From the NCBI GenBank assembly GCA_002189035.1, contig NEEC01000016.1, positions 2,542,001 to 2,606,000 of the forward strand: a stretch of DNA of 64,000 nucleotides. The letters run 5' to 3'. Position 1 is the stretch's first letter. The number at the start of each line of letters is the position of its first letter. The stretch is from Utricularia gibba (Eukaryota; Plantae; Magnoliophyta). The notes beneath the pieces are model-generated. The model did not search any database and was not told the origin of the DNA. It saw only the letters and a program-made list of their open reading frames with translations. Below, piece by piece: positions 13,801 to 27,401 of the stretch. The translations under genes were made by a program, and so were the position numbers.

Positions 13801-16207
13801 AGCACCCATGTGAAAGGAGACCTCTGGACACACATGCCTCAAAACTTCTCTTCCAGCAATTCAACAAACCAAGAAACTTCAGAACTCGTTCATGAAGATT
13901 CAAATCAAGTAAATGATCAGCATTCAGATGAGAATTTTCCAGCTCAAGAGGAGGAGAAGGTCACAAATCAAGATGGCTCGCCCAATAAGAATTCAGAATC
14001 AAACTCTGAACCCTTGTATGGACGATCTCATCAGGCCAATGATCAACCTGATGGGAATTTCGAAATCCCAGAAGAGGAGCAAGGCACGAATGTAGAAGAC
14101 TCATCAACAGATGAATCTAATGGAGAGGAACCTGATACTGATGATGAAGATTATTACCCATCTGATCGTGATGGGCAAAGGAGGAAACGCAAAAACATCA
14201 GAGATTCAATAGATAATGAAGATAGTCATGTTACTGACATTAGAAGAAGCAAAAGAAACAAGGCTCCTACAATAAGTTTCTCCAAGTTGAATGATGATGT
14301 CCAAGATGCTGTGGCTGATATTTTGGCTGGATTATTGATAGGAGATCCAACATCATTTGAAGTGGCTGTACAAAATCCTAAATGGAGAGAGGCCATGAAG
14401 GAAAAAATGAATTCTATACTTGAAAATGAAACATGGGAATTAGTTGAGAAACCCAAGGATAGGGGTTTCAAACCTATTGGCCTCAAGTGGTTATTCAAAA
14501 CCAAGATGAATGCAGATGGCTCTATCAACAAATATAAGGCTAGATTAGTAGCCAAGGGATATAGTCAGATCAAAGGAATAAATTTTCATGAGATTTTTGC
14601 ACCAGTAGCAAGATTTGACACGATTAAAGTACTTCTTGCCATTTCAGCTGCTCATGGATGGAAAGTGCATCACATGGATGTCAAGACTGCGTTCTTGAAT
14701 GGTGTGTTGGAGGAGGTTGTTTTTGTTGAACAACCAAAGGGCTTCGAAGTGTCAGGTCATGAAGACAAGGTATTGAAGCTAAAGAAATCTCTCTATGGGT
14801 TGAAGCAATCTCCTAGAGCATGGAATGAACGCATGGATAACTTTCTCCAGGGTATTGGTTTCAGAAAAACATATAGTGATTACTCATTATATGTTAAAGG
14901 AAAAGAAGATGATCGTTTATTTATTAGCTTATATGTGGATGATCTTATGATTACCTCAGGTAATGAAAGGAAGATTGAGGATTTCAAAGCTATACTTAAA
15001 AATGAATTCAAGATGACTGACCTTGGAATGATGTCCTATTATCTAGGCATGAAAATTCATCAACTTGAAGGTGTTGGAACATTCATATCTCAGAAAAAGT
15101 ACTGTAATGAACTTCTTGAAAGGTTTGGGTTCAAAGATGTCAATCCTTCAAAAACGCCTTTGGATTACAAACAAGTGATTGGAGAGAACAATCAGGGAAA
15201 GAATGTGGATGCCACTACTTATAGAAGTATGATTGGAAGCCTCATTTATCTCCAGCATGCAAGGCCTGACTTGTGTTTTTGTGTAAATGTCTTATCTCGC
15301 TTCCTCAACAAACCAACAACAACTCACATGGCAGCTGTGAAAAGATCTTTCAGGTACATAAAATCTACTACTGATTTCGGATTGTTCTATCCCTATGAAG
15401 GTGAAAAACCAGTCTTGAAACTTGGAGCCTACTCAGATAGTGATTATGGTATGGCTGAAGATAGCAAGAGCACATCTGGTGCACTCTTCTTCTTAAATAA
15501 GAGTCCTGTAGTCTGGTTTTCGAAGAAACAAAAAGTGGTAGCACAATCAACAGCTGAAGCAGAATACATCTCAGCAGCACATGCTTCGAACTATTGTGTT
15601 TGGTTGAGGCAGATGCTAAACGAACTTGGATTCATACAAAAGGAAGCTACACATCTGCTTATGGATAATCGAGCTGCAATCTCCATTGCCAAAGATCCAA
15701 TGAACTTCAGCAAAGCCAAGCACATAAGAATCAGGTATCATGTCATAAGGAATTACATCAAGAAGAAGAAAATTAAAGTGCAGTATGTTGAGAGTGGGAA
15801 TCAGCTTGCTGATGGGCTCACCAAAGGTTTGAACAGAGTTCAGTTTGAGCTAGCAAGGAAGAACATGAATCTCATGACTATAGAAGACTTTCTCAAGTTG
15901 GGAGATCTCGGTCTGGGGGGAGTGTTGGAGATCAGCCTCAATCCAAAGTTTGAAGGTGATTGGAAGCACTAATCTTGTGTCATAATGTTATATTTCAGAT
16001 TAAAAAGGTGTTGAGTTCGAGCATGGAAGTGTTGGATTCGAGTTGTTGGGCTTTTTGTGTGTTTTCAATAATTGTGGCCCACTAAGAATGCGTGTCAATA
16101 GGGTTTTCGGTCATTTTTATTGTTCATGAGTCGTTTTTCATCCAAGGTGATCTCAGAAGCATTACCTTTTTGTTACTTCCCAAGACTCTCTTTTTCTTGC
16201 ATCAACA
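10884..16207 (+). mobile_element. copia copy M, two LTRs, no matching TSD
   Basis: 5' LTR 10884-11203, PBS, PPT ending at 15922, 3' LTR 15923-16207 with an internal deletion. Flanks are TTAAC and AGAAG. Confidence 0.95.
11322..15972 (+). pseudogene. copia gag-pol copy M
   Basis: Frameshifts at the G-run ~13110 and the 10-bp deletion ~13340. RT motifs KARLVAKG, YVDD and RH motifs SDSDY, ADGLTK. The ORF ends inside the 3' LTR. Confidence 0.92.
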
Positions 16208-19200
16208 AGAAGGAGTGAATAAAGAAGTGATGGAGCAACTAAAAAAGGTGAGTGAGCGTGTGGAGCTACTCAGTATGACTACACACATCCTGGACAGTTG
16301 GATGAATAATGTTGCTCATACCCACAAGGTTTCGAGGCTCCCAAGTCAACTAGAGAAAAATCTTGCTGAATGCAAAGCTGTGGCAACAAGGAGTGGGATG
16401 CATGGTACAACAACAACAGAGTATCTCCACCTTCTCATAATCCTCCAGTTCCTTATCCATAGAGACAGGCCAAATCATCAGTGGATCAACAATATTCCAA
16501 GTTTCTGCAGATGCTGAAAACGCTTCATGCCCATTCACTGATGTGATGTTGCAAATGCCCACTTATGCGAAATTCTTGAAGGATATTCTGGCCAATCGAA
16601 GCAAGATTGAGAATGATGCTGTTATTGAATTATCCAAGCAGTGCAGCACGGTTCTTACACAGGGGTTGATTCAAAAGCATGCAAATCATGGAATTTTTTC
16701 AATCCCTTGTATCATTGGAAGAAGCAATTTTGAGAAGTGCTTATATGATCTTGGGTCAAGTATCAGCTTGATGCCTTATTTTTTATTCAAAGCACTGAAT
16801 CTTGAGGAGCTAAGAACCACGAAAATTCAACTGGTATTTGCTGATAAATCCATGAAGAATCCCAAAGGAGTGGTAGAAAACGTACCGGTAAAAATTGGAA
16901 AATATTTTGTTACTTGTGATTTTGTTGTTTTGGATATGGCACTTGATGTGGTAGTGCCAATCATTTTTGAGAGACCCTTTATGGCAACCACAGGAGCCTT
17001 AATTGATGTTAGAGCAGGGAAATTGACACTCAGATTCGGAGAAGAGGAACTGAAGTTCAATGTTGATCAAGCAATGAAGCGATTTGACTGCGACGAGCTT
17101 GCGCAAAGGGAAGCGGAAGATGCTGTTACGCAGGAGCAGGCGCAAGCAGTTTTTCTGCGCGGAATTCAGGAAATAAATCTTCTGCAGGATGAAAAAGAAG
17201 ACATTCCAGATGACACACCAATCATGGCTCAGCTAACAAACAAGGAACTTGATGCTAGAGAAAAAATTGAGTTGAAGAAGCTGCCACCATCATTGAGGTA
17301 CGAATTTCTTGAGGATGATCACTTACCCCATGATTGTTAATGCAGGATTGAATGAATACTACACCCAAATGCTGGATGTCTTGCGCAAGCACAAACAAGC
17401 CATTGGGTACACCTTGGATGACTTGAAAGGGCTTGACCCTCAATTCTACACCCATCGGATTTATTTGGAACCTGAGGCGAGACCAATTGTGCAACAACAA
17501 AGGCGGGCGAATCCTATGCTAAAAGAGGTGATTAAAAACGAAATTTTGAAATTGTTGGATGCTGATATCATCTACTCTATTTCAAATAGCTAATGGGTTA
17601 GCCCAGCGCACTGCGTACCAAAGAAAGGAGGCATGACAGTGACAAAACGAGAAGGAAGACCTCATCCCCTTGCACAAGGTCACTGGCTGGAGGATGTGTA
17701 TAGATTTTCAGAAACTCAATGATGCCACCAGAAAGGATCATTAACCATTACCATTTATTGATCAAATTATGGAAAGGTTAAGTAACCAAGCTTTCTATTG
17801 TTACCTTGATGGTTATTCCGGATATTTTCAGATTCCAATTCATCCGGAAGATCAACACAAGACCACATTTACTTGCCCTTTTGGCACCTTTGCATACAAG
17901 AGAATGCCATTCGGTTTGTGCAATGCTCCTGGAACTTTTCAGCATTGCATGACAGCCATTTTTTCGGAACATATGGAGAAGATCATGGAGGTATTTATGG
18001 ATGATATATCTGCTTATGGGACTGATTTCGATTCATGTTTGTAGAACTTAGGCATCATTTTGGAGAGGCGTATTGAATGCAACCTGGTACTCAATTGGGA
18101 GAAGTGTCATTTTATGGTTGAAGAAGTCATTGTGCTTGGACATCACATTTCTTCCAAAGGCATTCAAGTGGATCCAGCAAAAATCGAGGTGATTGAAAAA
18201 TTAACAGAACCAACTACGGTGAAGGGGATTAGAAGCTTCTTGGAGCATGCAGAATTTTATAGGAGATTTATTGCTAATTTTTCTCACATTTCTCGCCCAC
18301 TAACAACGCTGCTTGCGCAAGACGCGGATTTTTGTTTTGATGAACAATGTGTGCACGCCTTCAACACGCTGAAGCAAGCTCTTATTACTGCACCCATTCT
18401 TCAACCACCAGATTGGACCTTGCCATTTAAATTGATGTGTGATGCAAGTGATTGTGTTGTAGGGGCTGTTCTTGGACAGAAAAAAGACAAGGTAAATTAT
18501 GTGATTTATTATGCCAGAACAACTCCCAATGCAGCCCAAAGGAACTACACAACCACAGAAAATGAGTTGTTGGCCATTGTTTTTGCCATTGAAAAATTCA
18601 GATCCTATTTGTTGGGTGCAAAGGTAATTGTTCATACGGATCACGCTGCCTTGAGATATCTTTTGAGAAAGCAGTAATCGAAACCCAGGTTGATAAGATG
18701 GATACTACTTCTCCAAGAATTTGATATGGAAATTCGTGACAAGAAGGGCAAGGAAAATGGAGTGGCTGATCATTTGTCACACCTACACCTTGAAACAAGT
18801 GTGGGGGAGTTGCCCATTGATGATTCTTTCCCCCACAGAACGTATCCTTGCTGTCCAAGATGGCAATCTGCCATGGTATGCTGATTTTGTCAATTATCTT
18901 GTTAGAGGAGTCTTGCCCCAAAATCTGAACTTCAACCAGCGGAAGCGCTTCCTTGCGCAAGCAAAGCATTATTTCTGGGAAGAATCTATGCTTTTCAAAC
19001 GTTGTGGTGATGGAATTATCAGAAGATGCCTACCACCAGAGGAGGTAAGGGACGTTATTTGGCACTGCCATTCATCACCCTATGGAGGGCATTCAGCAGC
19101 ATCAAAAACACTCTTCAAAATTCTTCAATCTGGATTTTATTGGTCCACCATGAGTCAAGATGTGAGGGCATTTGTTCAAGCATGCGAACCATGTCAGCAT

Positions 19201-20200
19201 GCGGGTTCTATTTCCAGGAGAGATGAAGGACCCATGACTTATATCCTGGAGGTGGAAATTTTCGATGTTTGGGGGCTGGATTTTATGGGACCCTTTCCAT
19301 CTTCTTATGGAAACACTCAAATTCTTGTAGCAGTGGATTATGTCTCAAAATGGGTAGAAGCTATTGCGGCTCCAGCAGCTGATCGAAGAGCCATAATTAA
19401 GCTCTTCAAACAGATCATTCTACCCAGGTTTGGAGCCCCAAGATACGCTATAAGTGATGGAGGGAAACAGTTCATTGAAAGAGAATTCCGGAAGCTCTTG
19501 CGCAAGTATGGAGTGAGACACAAGGCATCAACTCCATATCACCCACAAACCTGCAGACAAGTGGAGGTAACTAACAGGGAATTGAAGAGGATTCTGGAGC
19601 GTACGGTGGCCAAAACTCGCAAGGATTGGGCAACTAAAATAACTGGTGCTTTATGGGCTTATACCACAGCGTATAAGACTCCCTTGGGGACCTCCCCTTA
19701 TCGTTTGGTGTATGGAAAAGCTTGTCACTTGGTTGTGGAATTAGAGCACAAGGCATATTGAGCTATCAAAGAATTAAATTTGGATGCCAACGCAGCTGGA
19801 GAGCAGAGGATCTTGCAACTCCAAGAGCTGGACGAGCTAAGGATGAGTGCCTACGAAAATACAAAACTGTACAAGGAACAAATGAAGGCTTGGCATGACA
19901 ATCACTTGCGCAAGAAGGACCTGGCAGAAGGTGACCCAATTTTGTTATTTAACTCTCCTTTTTGCCTCTTTCCAGGAGAGCTCAAGTCTGGATGGCGTGG
20001 ACCATACATCATCAAGAAAATCTACCCTAGTGGAGCAGTCCTCATCACTCACCGTGATCATGGAGAATTTATGATAAATATTTAGAGATTGAAACGGTTT
20101 CATAAAGGAGTAAAATCTTCCATGGACACATTGCATGTTCTAGTGGACCTCTCTCACCACCCCCCCACCCTCATGAGAAAGCACCTAGGGTTTACTTGTT
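16208..20200 (+). pseudogene. Athila gag C-terminus + pol, copy 2
   Basis: ORFs 16543-17340, 17309-17593, 17769-18044, 18060-18677, 18721-19761 and 19780-20085, with the same stops as copies 1 and 3. Confidence 0.92.
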
Positions 20201-20202
20201 GA

Positions 20203-22182
20203 AGAAAATGATATAAGTTGAAGAGTTCTTAGGGTCAAACCCATTCTCCGTAATGAATGCTTCGATTTAAAGAAGAGCTCAATATGGCCGAATCCTAACA
20301 TCTGCAAATATCGGTTGCTTTCTGCACCTGCTATACGATCTCGCTTTTCAGACTGTGCCATATGGTCATATCTGTCAGATCTCTGATAAATATCGGTCTG
20401 TAGACTGGCATTATCCCCTCAGAGTGTCTTTTGGCAGCATTTTGGAAGCCGATTACGCTCGATTGATTTATCCCCCATCATTCAACAAGAAGTGATCTGG
20501 AAGCCTAGAAAGGAACCCACTCAAGTCTACCCTCAAGAGAATCAATCTCTTGCAACCAGACTTTGAAAAGAAAGGAAATTTAGGAGCCACACTTCAAAAA
20601 TAGTTGGAATTGGAAGTGATAATCCTAAGACACCACAAGCTCGAAGCTTGATAAGTCCAGAGTGTTCAACCACTCAAAGAAGAGGAGAATCCTCACAACA
20701 TACATCAAATGACTACAGATCCTGAAATAGTAAATCTCTAGAGTATTTATACTCTAGGATTGGGCTCTAACATTATATAGCCCAAACTAAATGAAATAGA
20801 AAAGTCTAACAAGCCCAATGCTCTAAGGTAAATCCACGTTCAAGTAGTTGAGCTCTTTTCATGGGATTTCTTCAAGCCCATGTTTGATTCCAATGGTATT
20901 GAGTAGACACTTAAGTGTATCTTCCACCATCTTTGTCTTGCTCCTAGTCATTGGTCCTGGTTGAATCATCTTTGTTTCTAATGTGTTCACTTGGACAAAC
21001 TCTTCATCATTCTTCAAATACACTTCATTATCTTCCTGGGGCTCATCACTTTGTGGAATGAGAGAGGGATTATTTACTTTATTGAAATATTTATGAATGA
21101 TTTTATGGTAAATGGAGAAAATTTTGAGTCAAGCTTAGACCATTTGGATCAGGTTTTGAAGAAATGTGTGGAAAAGAATTTGGTTTTAAATTCTGAAAAA
21201 TATCATTTTTTGGTGGATAATGGAATTTTTAGGGCACCTAATTTCCAAAAAGGTAAATAAAATACTGAAACGAGCACAGGTTTGAGAACCTTACTGCTCT
21301 GATACCATGTTGATGCAAGAAAAAGAGAGTTTTGGGAAGTAACAAAAAGGTAATGCTTCTGAGATCACCTTGGATGAAAAACGACTCATGAACAATAAAA
21401 ATGACCGAAAACCCTCATTCACGCATTCCTAGTAGGGTTTATATATACCCAATACCTAGGTTACCCAACAGTGGGCCACAATTATTGAAAACACACAAAA
21501 AGCCCAACAACTCGAATCCAACACATCCATGCTCGAACTCAACACTTTTTATCTGAAATATAACATTATGACACAAGATTAGTGCTTCCAATCACCTTCA
21601 AACTTTGGATTGAGGCTGATCTCCAACACGGAGTTGTCGGAGCTCGTCGAGGAAATCTTCACTGGACGGAGATGGTGGGAAAAGATACAAGTTGGGGGAG
21701 GGGGGGCTTAGAGTTGAACCCCTTCCACTGTAATGTTTCTCGCATTTATAGATGGGGTGAACCCGACTGAATTCGGGGTTCTGCAAGTGTTGGCTGCTTT
21801 CTACGTCTGCTGTACGTACTACGGTTCTACCCCTGGATAACTGCCGACTGCTATGCTATTGCCGTAATTTGGCTACTTTTCGGTTTGTCTGAAACGGCCA
21901 CCATTGACAAGTCCTGATAGTTATCGGTCTGTCGGCCTGCACTAGGGCATCAAAACACCCTTTGGCTACTTTTCATAGACCGATTAACTCAGTCGGATTA
22001 ATGCCCCATCACGCATAAAAGGATCTAAAAAAGTTATTAAAAATCATAAATATAATATAACAGAAAACCACTTATGTGAGGTTTTAAAATTAAGATTAAA
22101 ATAGGAGGAAAAGAAAGGAAAAGATATTATTGTTTCAGTAATATCTTGCTTCATGGTTGGCTAATAATATTCACTTCTCAAT
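20203..22182. mobile_element. nested block: Tat LTR(-), CRM LTR(-), Athila RT fragment(+), copia LTR stub(-), Tat LTR fragment(-)
   Basis: Reverse complement of 4435-6415; paired coordinates sum to 26617. Confidence 0.88.
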
Positions 22183-25100
22183 TGTTGGAGATCAGCCTCA
22201 ATCCAAAGTTTGAAGGTGATTGGAAGCACTAATCTTGTGTCATAATGTTATATTTCAGATTAAAAAGGTGTTGAGTTCGAGCATGGAAGTGTTGGATTCG
22301 AGTTGTTGGGCTTTTTGTATGTTTTCAATAATTGTGGCCCACTGTTGGGTAACCTAGGTATTGGGTATATATAAACCCTACTAGAAATGCGTGAATGATG
22401 GTTTTGGTCATTCTTATTGTTCATGAGTCGTTTTTCATTTAAGGTGATCTCAAAAGCATTACCTTTTTGTTACTTCCCAAGACTCTCTTTTTCTTGCATC
22501 AACATGGTATCAGAGCAGTAAGGTTCTCAAACCTGTGCTCGTTTCAGTATTTTATTTACCGTTCAGCGTTTTTTCCTTGGTGGATTACAAAGTATCAACC
22601 CAAAGCTTTTGAAGCGGTGGCTATGATGGCATCTGGTAGAGTACCTCCAATATTTGATGGTTCAGGGTATGGAAGCTGGGTCAAAAAGATGCGCAGCTAC
22701 CTGCGGGTCAGAAAGATTTGGGATGTTGTCGAAAGGGAGATTCCGGCGATTACAATAACAAGCAAATCCACATCAGAACAGCAAGAGGCAGCTGAATATC
22801 TTCAACAGAGAAAAGATGAAGCAATGGATGCCTTGTATCAAGCCATCTCTGAACATCTATTTGATGATATTACAGAGTGTCAATCAGCAAAAGAAATATG
22901 GGATACTCTCAAATCCCATTATGAAGGTGATGCCAAACTGAGAGAAATATTATGCAAAAACAAGCTAGAGGACTTTGAGAGGAACAAAATGTTAGACAAT
23001 GAAACCATACAAGTCTATTATGAACGTACTGCGAAACTTGTGAAGGAGATTCGAGGATTGGGGAAACAACTTGAGGATCAAAAGGTGATTAGCAAGGCAA
23101 TCATGAGCATACCTGCAAGATTCGAGCCAAAGTTATATGCACTTGAGACAGAAATAAGAATCCTTGACATTATTGAAGGAAAGCTCCATCAGTTATATCC
23201 TGAATATCCTGTTACACCAGAGCCAACATTTAGAGAGTTCATGATTGAGTTGCAATCTACACAAAAGAGATTGGAGCTAACAGATGGTTATGAAGTTGAG
23301 AAAACTTATGGTGAAGCTGCTCTCCTCACCAAAATGCAGAATATGAATATAAACTCAGGTGCAATTAACAATGTCAAGGATGTCAAATCAACAGCCATCA
23401 AACAATCACCAACGTCAATCCCCACATCAATGATGGGCAATCAGAAGTGCAGGCATTGTGACAAATCCAACCATAAGAGTGAAGATTGTTGGACTTTAAG
23501 CACAAATGCTTGCAAGCATTGTAACAAACAGAATCACAGAAGTGAGTTTTGTTGGTGGAAGCCTGATGCTTTGTGCACGAAATGCAATCAAAGAGGCCAT
23601 CTTGACAAGGTATGTGGAATGTCAAATCCAATAAAAGTTGAGCATAACAAGAAGGCTACTTCCAGGGAAGAGAAATCACATGCATCCTTTACCTACTTTG
23701 AAGATGAGCCAGAAATATCTTTTGAAGATCCTTTTGAGTATGAGTGTGCTCTAATGACAGTAGCCTCAGATGCTAAAGGCTGGTACTTGGACTCTGGCGC
23801 CTCCTATCATGTATGTTGTGATACAAGGTCATTTCTCAAGCTTGAAAGGATTGGGAAGGAGGTAAGCACGTGCACTGGTGAAAATATTGGCATTGTGGGC
23901 AAAGGAAGCATTTTACTCTTGCTAAAAGAAGGAATTGTTCAAGTTGATGATGTCTATTATTCACCAAACCTCAAACAGAACCTGTTGAGGTTTGGCCAAT
24001 TGAGCAGGCAAGGTTTTGACATTGAGCTGATGAAAGATGCTGGTGGTATAACCACTACAGTTAAGGTTGCTGATCCAAAAACGAAGATTGAATTCCATAC
24101 TGTGTTGACCACCTACAACCTCTACCAAATCATGGTCAGTGATCATAAAAGTTGTATTTTCTCACTTCAAGATCAAAGCAGCCTTTGGCACAAACGTTTT
24201 GGGCACTATAGCTTCAACAATCTGAAAATATTGCAGAAGAATAAGGAAGTACTGGAATTGAAAGACATCAAGTTTGCTAATGCCATATGTGAAGTGTGTC
24301 ATCAAGGTAAACAGTGTAGAAAGCCCTTTTATTCCAGTGATTCAGTAGCAAAGGAGAAATTAGAGCTTGTGCATACAGATGTTTGTGGACCATTTAAGGA
24401 ATGTTCATTAGGGGGGAGAAGATACTTTGTTACATTCATTGATGATTATTCACGTTATTGTTGGGTTTACTTTCTTAAAAGCAAGTCAGAATGTTCTGTG
24501 AAAATGAGGGAATCATGCATCAATTCACCGTCCACAACAGAATGGTATATGTGAAAGGAGAAACAGAACAATCCTTGATATGTCAAGATGCCTATTGTTT
24601 GAGAAAGGTCTTCCTGTAAGTTTCTGGGTTGAAGCGGTATCTACATCTGTATATCTGTTGAACTTGCTTCCCTCAAGGGCGATTAGTGGAAAAACCGCCC
24701 ATGAAAAATGGCATGGTGATATTAAAAAGGTTGATCATCTCAAAATCTTTGGTAGTCTGTGTTTTACTCATATACCAGGCCAAAAACGAGGAAAACTTGA
24801 AAAGAAATCTGTATCTGGTGTATTTGTTGGTTATAGCAACACTACCGAGGGATATAAAGTTTATCTACCTCAACAGAAGAAATTTATCCTCAGCCATGAT
24901 GTCACTTTTGATGAAGGTGCAAGGTATACTTTAATTGATGATTGCGTTGCTCTGAATGATGCAGAAGCTCATAAAAGTCTTGAAAGGCATAGCACCCATG
25001 TGAAAGGAGACCTATGGAGACACATGCCTCAAAACTTATCTTCCAGCAATTCAACAAACCAAGAAACTTCAGAACTCGTTCATGAAGATTCAAATCAAGT

Positions 25101-27401
25101 AAATGATCAGCATTCAGATGAGAATTTTCCAGCTCAAGAGGAGGAGAAGGTCACAAATCAAGATGGCTCGCCCAATAAGAATTCAGAATCAAACTCTGAA
25201 CCCCTGTATGGACGATCTCATCAGGCCAATGATCAACCTTCAGATGGGAATTTCGAAATCCCAGAAGAGGAGCAAGGCACGAATGTAGAAGACTCATCAA
25301 CAGATGAATCTAATGGAGAGGAACCTGATACTGATGATGAAGATTATTACCCATCTGATCGTGATGGGCAAAGGAGGAAACGCAAAAACATCAGAGATTC
25401 AATATATAATGAAGATAGTCATGTTACTGACATTAGAAGAAACAAAAGAAACAAGGCTCCTACAATAAGTTTCTCCAAGTTGAATGATGATGTCCAAGAT
25501 GCTGTGGCTGATATTTTGGCTGGATTATTGACAGGAGATCCAAGATCATTTGAAGTGGCTGTACAAAATCCTAAATGGAGAGAGGCCATGAAGGAAGAAA
25601 TGAATTCTATACTTGAAAATGAAACATGGGAATTAGTTGAGAAACCCAAGGATAGGGGTTTCAAACCTATTGGCCTCAAGTGGTTATTCAAAACCAAGAT
25701 GAATGCAGATGGCTCTATCAACAAATATAAGGCTAGATTAGTAGCCAAGGGATATAGTCAGATCAAAGGAATAAATTTTCATGAGATTTTTGCACCAGTA
25801 GCAAGATTTGACACGATTAAAGTACTTCTTGCCATTTCAGCTGCTCATGGATGGAAAGTGCATCACATGGATGTCAAGACTGCGTTCTTGAATGGTGTGT
25901 TGGAGGAGGTTGTTTTTGTTGAACAACCAAAGGGCTTCGAAGTGTCAGGTCATGAAGACAAGGTATTGAAGCTAAAGAAATCTCTCTATGGGTTGAAGCA
26001 AGCTCCTAGAGCATGGAATGAACGCATGGATAACTTTCTCCAGGGTATTGGTTTCAGAAAAACATATAGTGATTACTCATTATATGTTAAAGGAAAAGAA
26101 GATGATCGTTTATTTATTAGCTTATATGTGGATGATCTTATGATTACCTCAGGTAATGAAAGGAAGATTGAGGAATTCAAAGCTCTACTCAAAAATGAAT
26201 TCAAGATGACTGACCTTGGAATGATGTCCTATTATCTAGGCATGGAAATTCATCAACTTGAAGGTGTTGGAACATTCATATCTCAGAAAAAGTACTGTAA
26301 TGAACTTCTTGAAAGGTTTGGGTTCAAAGATGTCAATCCTTCAAAAACGCCTTTGGATTACAAACAAGTGATTGGAGAGAACAATCAGGGAAAGAATGTG
26401 GATGCCACTACTTATAGAAGTATGATTGGAAGCCTCATTTATCTCCAGCATACAAGGCCTGACTTGTGTTTTTGTGTAAATGTCTTATCTCGCTTCCTCA
26501 ACAAACCAACAACAACTCACATGGCAGCTGTGAAAAGATCTTTCAGGTACATAAAATCTACTACTGATTTCGGATTGTTCTATCCCTATGAAGGTAAAAA
26601 ACCAGTCTTGAAACTTGGAGCCTACTCAGATAGTGATTATGGTATGGCTGAAGATAGCAAGAGCACATCTGGTGCACTCTTCTTCTTAAATAAGAGTCCT
26701 GTAGTCTGGTTTTCGAAGAAACAAAAAGTGGTAGCACAATCAACAGCTGAAGCAGAATACATCTCAGCAGCACATGCTTCGAACTATTGTGTTTGGTTGA
26801 GGCAGATGCTAAACGAACTTGGATTCATACAAAAGGAAGCTACACATCTGCTTATGGATAATCGAGCTGCAATCTCCATTGCCAAAGATCCAATGAACTT
26901 CAGCAAAGCCAAGCACATAAGAATCAGGTATCATGTCATAAGGAATTACATCAAGGAGAAGAAAATTAAAGTGCAGTATGTTGAGAGTGGGAATCAGCTT
27001 GCTGATGGGCTCACCAAAGGTTTGAACAGAGTTCAGTTTGAGCTAGCAAGGAAGAACATGAATCTCATGACTATAGAAGACTTTCTCAAGTTGGGAGATC
27101 TCGGTCTGGGGGGGAGTGTTGGAGATCAGCCTCAATCCAAAGTTTGAAGGTGATTGGAAGCACTAATCTTGTGTCATAATGTTATATTTCAGATTAAAAA
27201 GGTGTTGAGTTCGAGCATGGAAGTGTTGGATTCGAGTTGTTGGGCTTTTTGTGTGTTTTCAATAATTGTGGCCCACTAAGAATGCGTGTCAATAGGGTTT
27301 TCGGTCATTTTTATTGTTCATGAGTCGTTTTTCATCAAAGGTGATCTCAGAAGCATTACCTTTTTGTTACTTCCCAAGACTCTCTTTTTCTTGCATCAAC
27401 A
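22183..27401 (+). mobile_element. copia copy R, two LTRs, no matching TSD
   Basis: 5' LTR from 22183 (flank TCAAT), 3' LTR 27117-27401 (flank AGAAG). An extra 112-bp deletion between AGAAT repeats at ~24490 removes RSDNGGEF. Confidence 0.95.
22623..27147 (+). pseudogene. copia gag-pol copy R
   Basis: ORFs 22467-24554 and 24580-27147; integrase core deleted. Confidence 0.92.

Noticed and set aside
15900-15972. pol ORF running into the 3' LTR
   Set aside because: Normal for compact copia elements; the tail differs between copies only because of PPT G-run length.
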